DNA of 62,272 nucleotides, taken from assembly GCA_007130525.1 (NCBI GenBank), contig SLSJ01000027.1:1-62272 (forward strand). The letters are read 5' to 3'. Below are positions 61,712-62,272 of the stretch, in pieces. The stretch comes from Ectothiorhodospiraceae bacterium. GTDB lineage: Bacteria; Pseudomonadota; Gammaproteobacteria; Nitrococcales; Aquisalimonadaceae. The notes below the pieces were generated by a model, which worked only from the letters and a program-made list of their open reading frames with translations, was not told the origin of the DNA and searched no databases. Position 1 is the first letter of the stretch, and every line of letters begins with the position of its first letter. The translations under genes were made by a program, and so were the position numbers.

Positions 61712-62272
61712 GGCTTGCAAGCTGTTGAGTGAGGAACTGGCTGGTCTCGTTCATCTGCGCCACCATCCTGTCCATGGCCGTGAACTGCGCCACGTAACGG
61801 GCCTCCACCTGGGTCATGCGCCGGTCCAGCCGCTCCTGGTCACTTTCCAGGCGCTCCAAGCGGCCGTTCAGTGCATCGGTCTGGCTGCGCAGGGAGCCGC
61901 TGCTGCTGACGAAGCCATCCAGAATCCGGTCCAGGTCCGCCATGATGCCGCGGGCAAAGGTGATGTGCCCGAGTTCACCGGTCAGGTTGCCGTCGACGCG
62001 GAGCTTGAGCCCGTTGGCCGGCCCGTTCTGGGCAGTGAGGTACTGCCCGAAGCCCTCGGCCTCCCGGCCGCCGATGCCGCCCTGGACGTCGCGACCGTCC
62101 ACGGATTCACCCCCGGCCAGCCCCAGGGCAGCGTTCAGCCCAGCCGCCACAGTGGAGAACACCACCGTGGACTCGCTGCCGTAGCGCTGGGAGATGAACG
62201 AGAAACGATCGCCGTCGAAGGCCACGGACATACTGCGTCCGGCATCCCGCAGGGTCTCCGATCCGTTGATCA
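61692..62272 (-). CDS. fliD: Filament cap protein FliD (3' part, runs off the window)
   Basis: RYVAQFTAMDRMVAQMN..FLTQQL C-terminus; upstream of fliS. Confidence 0.9.
   Translation of the reverse strand, partial: INGSETLRDAGRSMSVAFDGDRFSFISQRYGSESTVVFSTVAAGLNAALGLAGGESVDGRDVQGGIGGREAEGFGQYLTAQNGPANGLKLRVDGNLTGELGHITFARGIMADLDRILDGFVSSSGSLRSQTDALNGRLERLESDQERLDRRMTQVEARYVAQFTAMDRMVAQMNETSQFLTQQLASLQQSRK

Overview
High-GC gammaproteobacterial DNA (the flagellar gene order is Pseudomonas/Chromatiales-like; taxonomy is inferred only). It has three parts. (1) About 0.55-17.2 kb is an accessory island between two same-strand, C-terminally truncated tyrosine-recombinase genes of one family. It carries an uncharacterised cluster in which every gene encodes a predicted exported protein: a 1764-aa EPNN/PPC-repeat, discoidin and double-vWA protein; a transglutaminase-like protein lacking the catalytic Cys, with a DPxTG junction and a compositionally distinct C-terminal tip; a triple Ig-like repeat protein; a helical-solenoid lipoprotein; and small secreted proteins. 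It also carries an Xis-HTH/PIN toxin-antitoxin pair. (2) About 17.7-31.4 kb holds HDOD proteins, two chemoreceptors with sigma28-type promoters (one soluble with two tandem signalling domains), motAB, a degenerate AAA-SPOR protein and a FliK-like/FlhB-C pair. (3) About 31.5-62.3 kb is the minus-strand chemotaxis/flagellar supercluster from fliD to cheW; fleS is absent and FleR has a degenerate receiver. Six diverged copies of a ~180-bp terminal-inverted-repeat element sit in intergenic regions outside the island, and some supply start or stop codons. No rRNA, tRNA or CRISPR array was recognised. All calls come from reading motifs by eye; no database searches were run.
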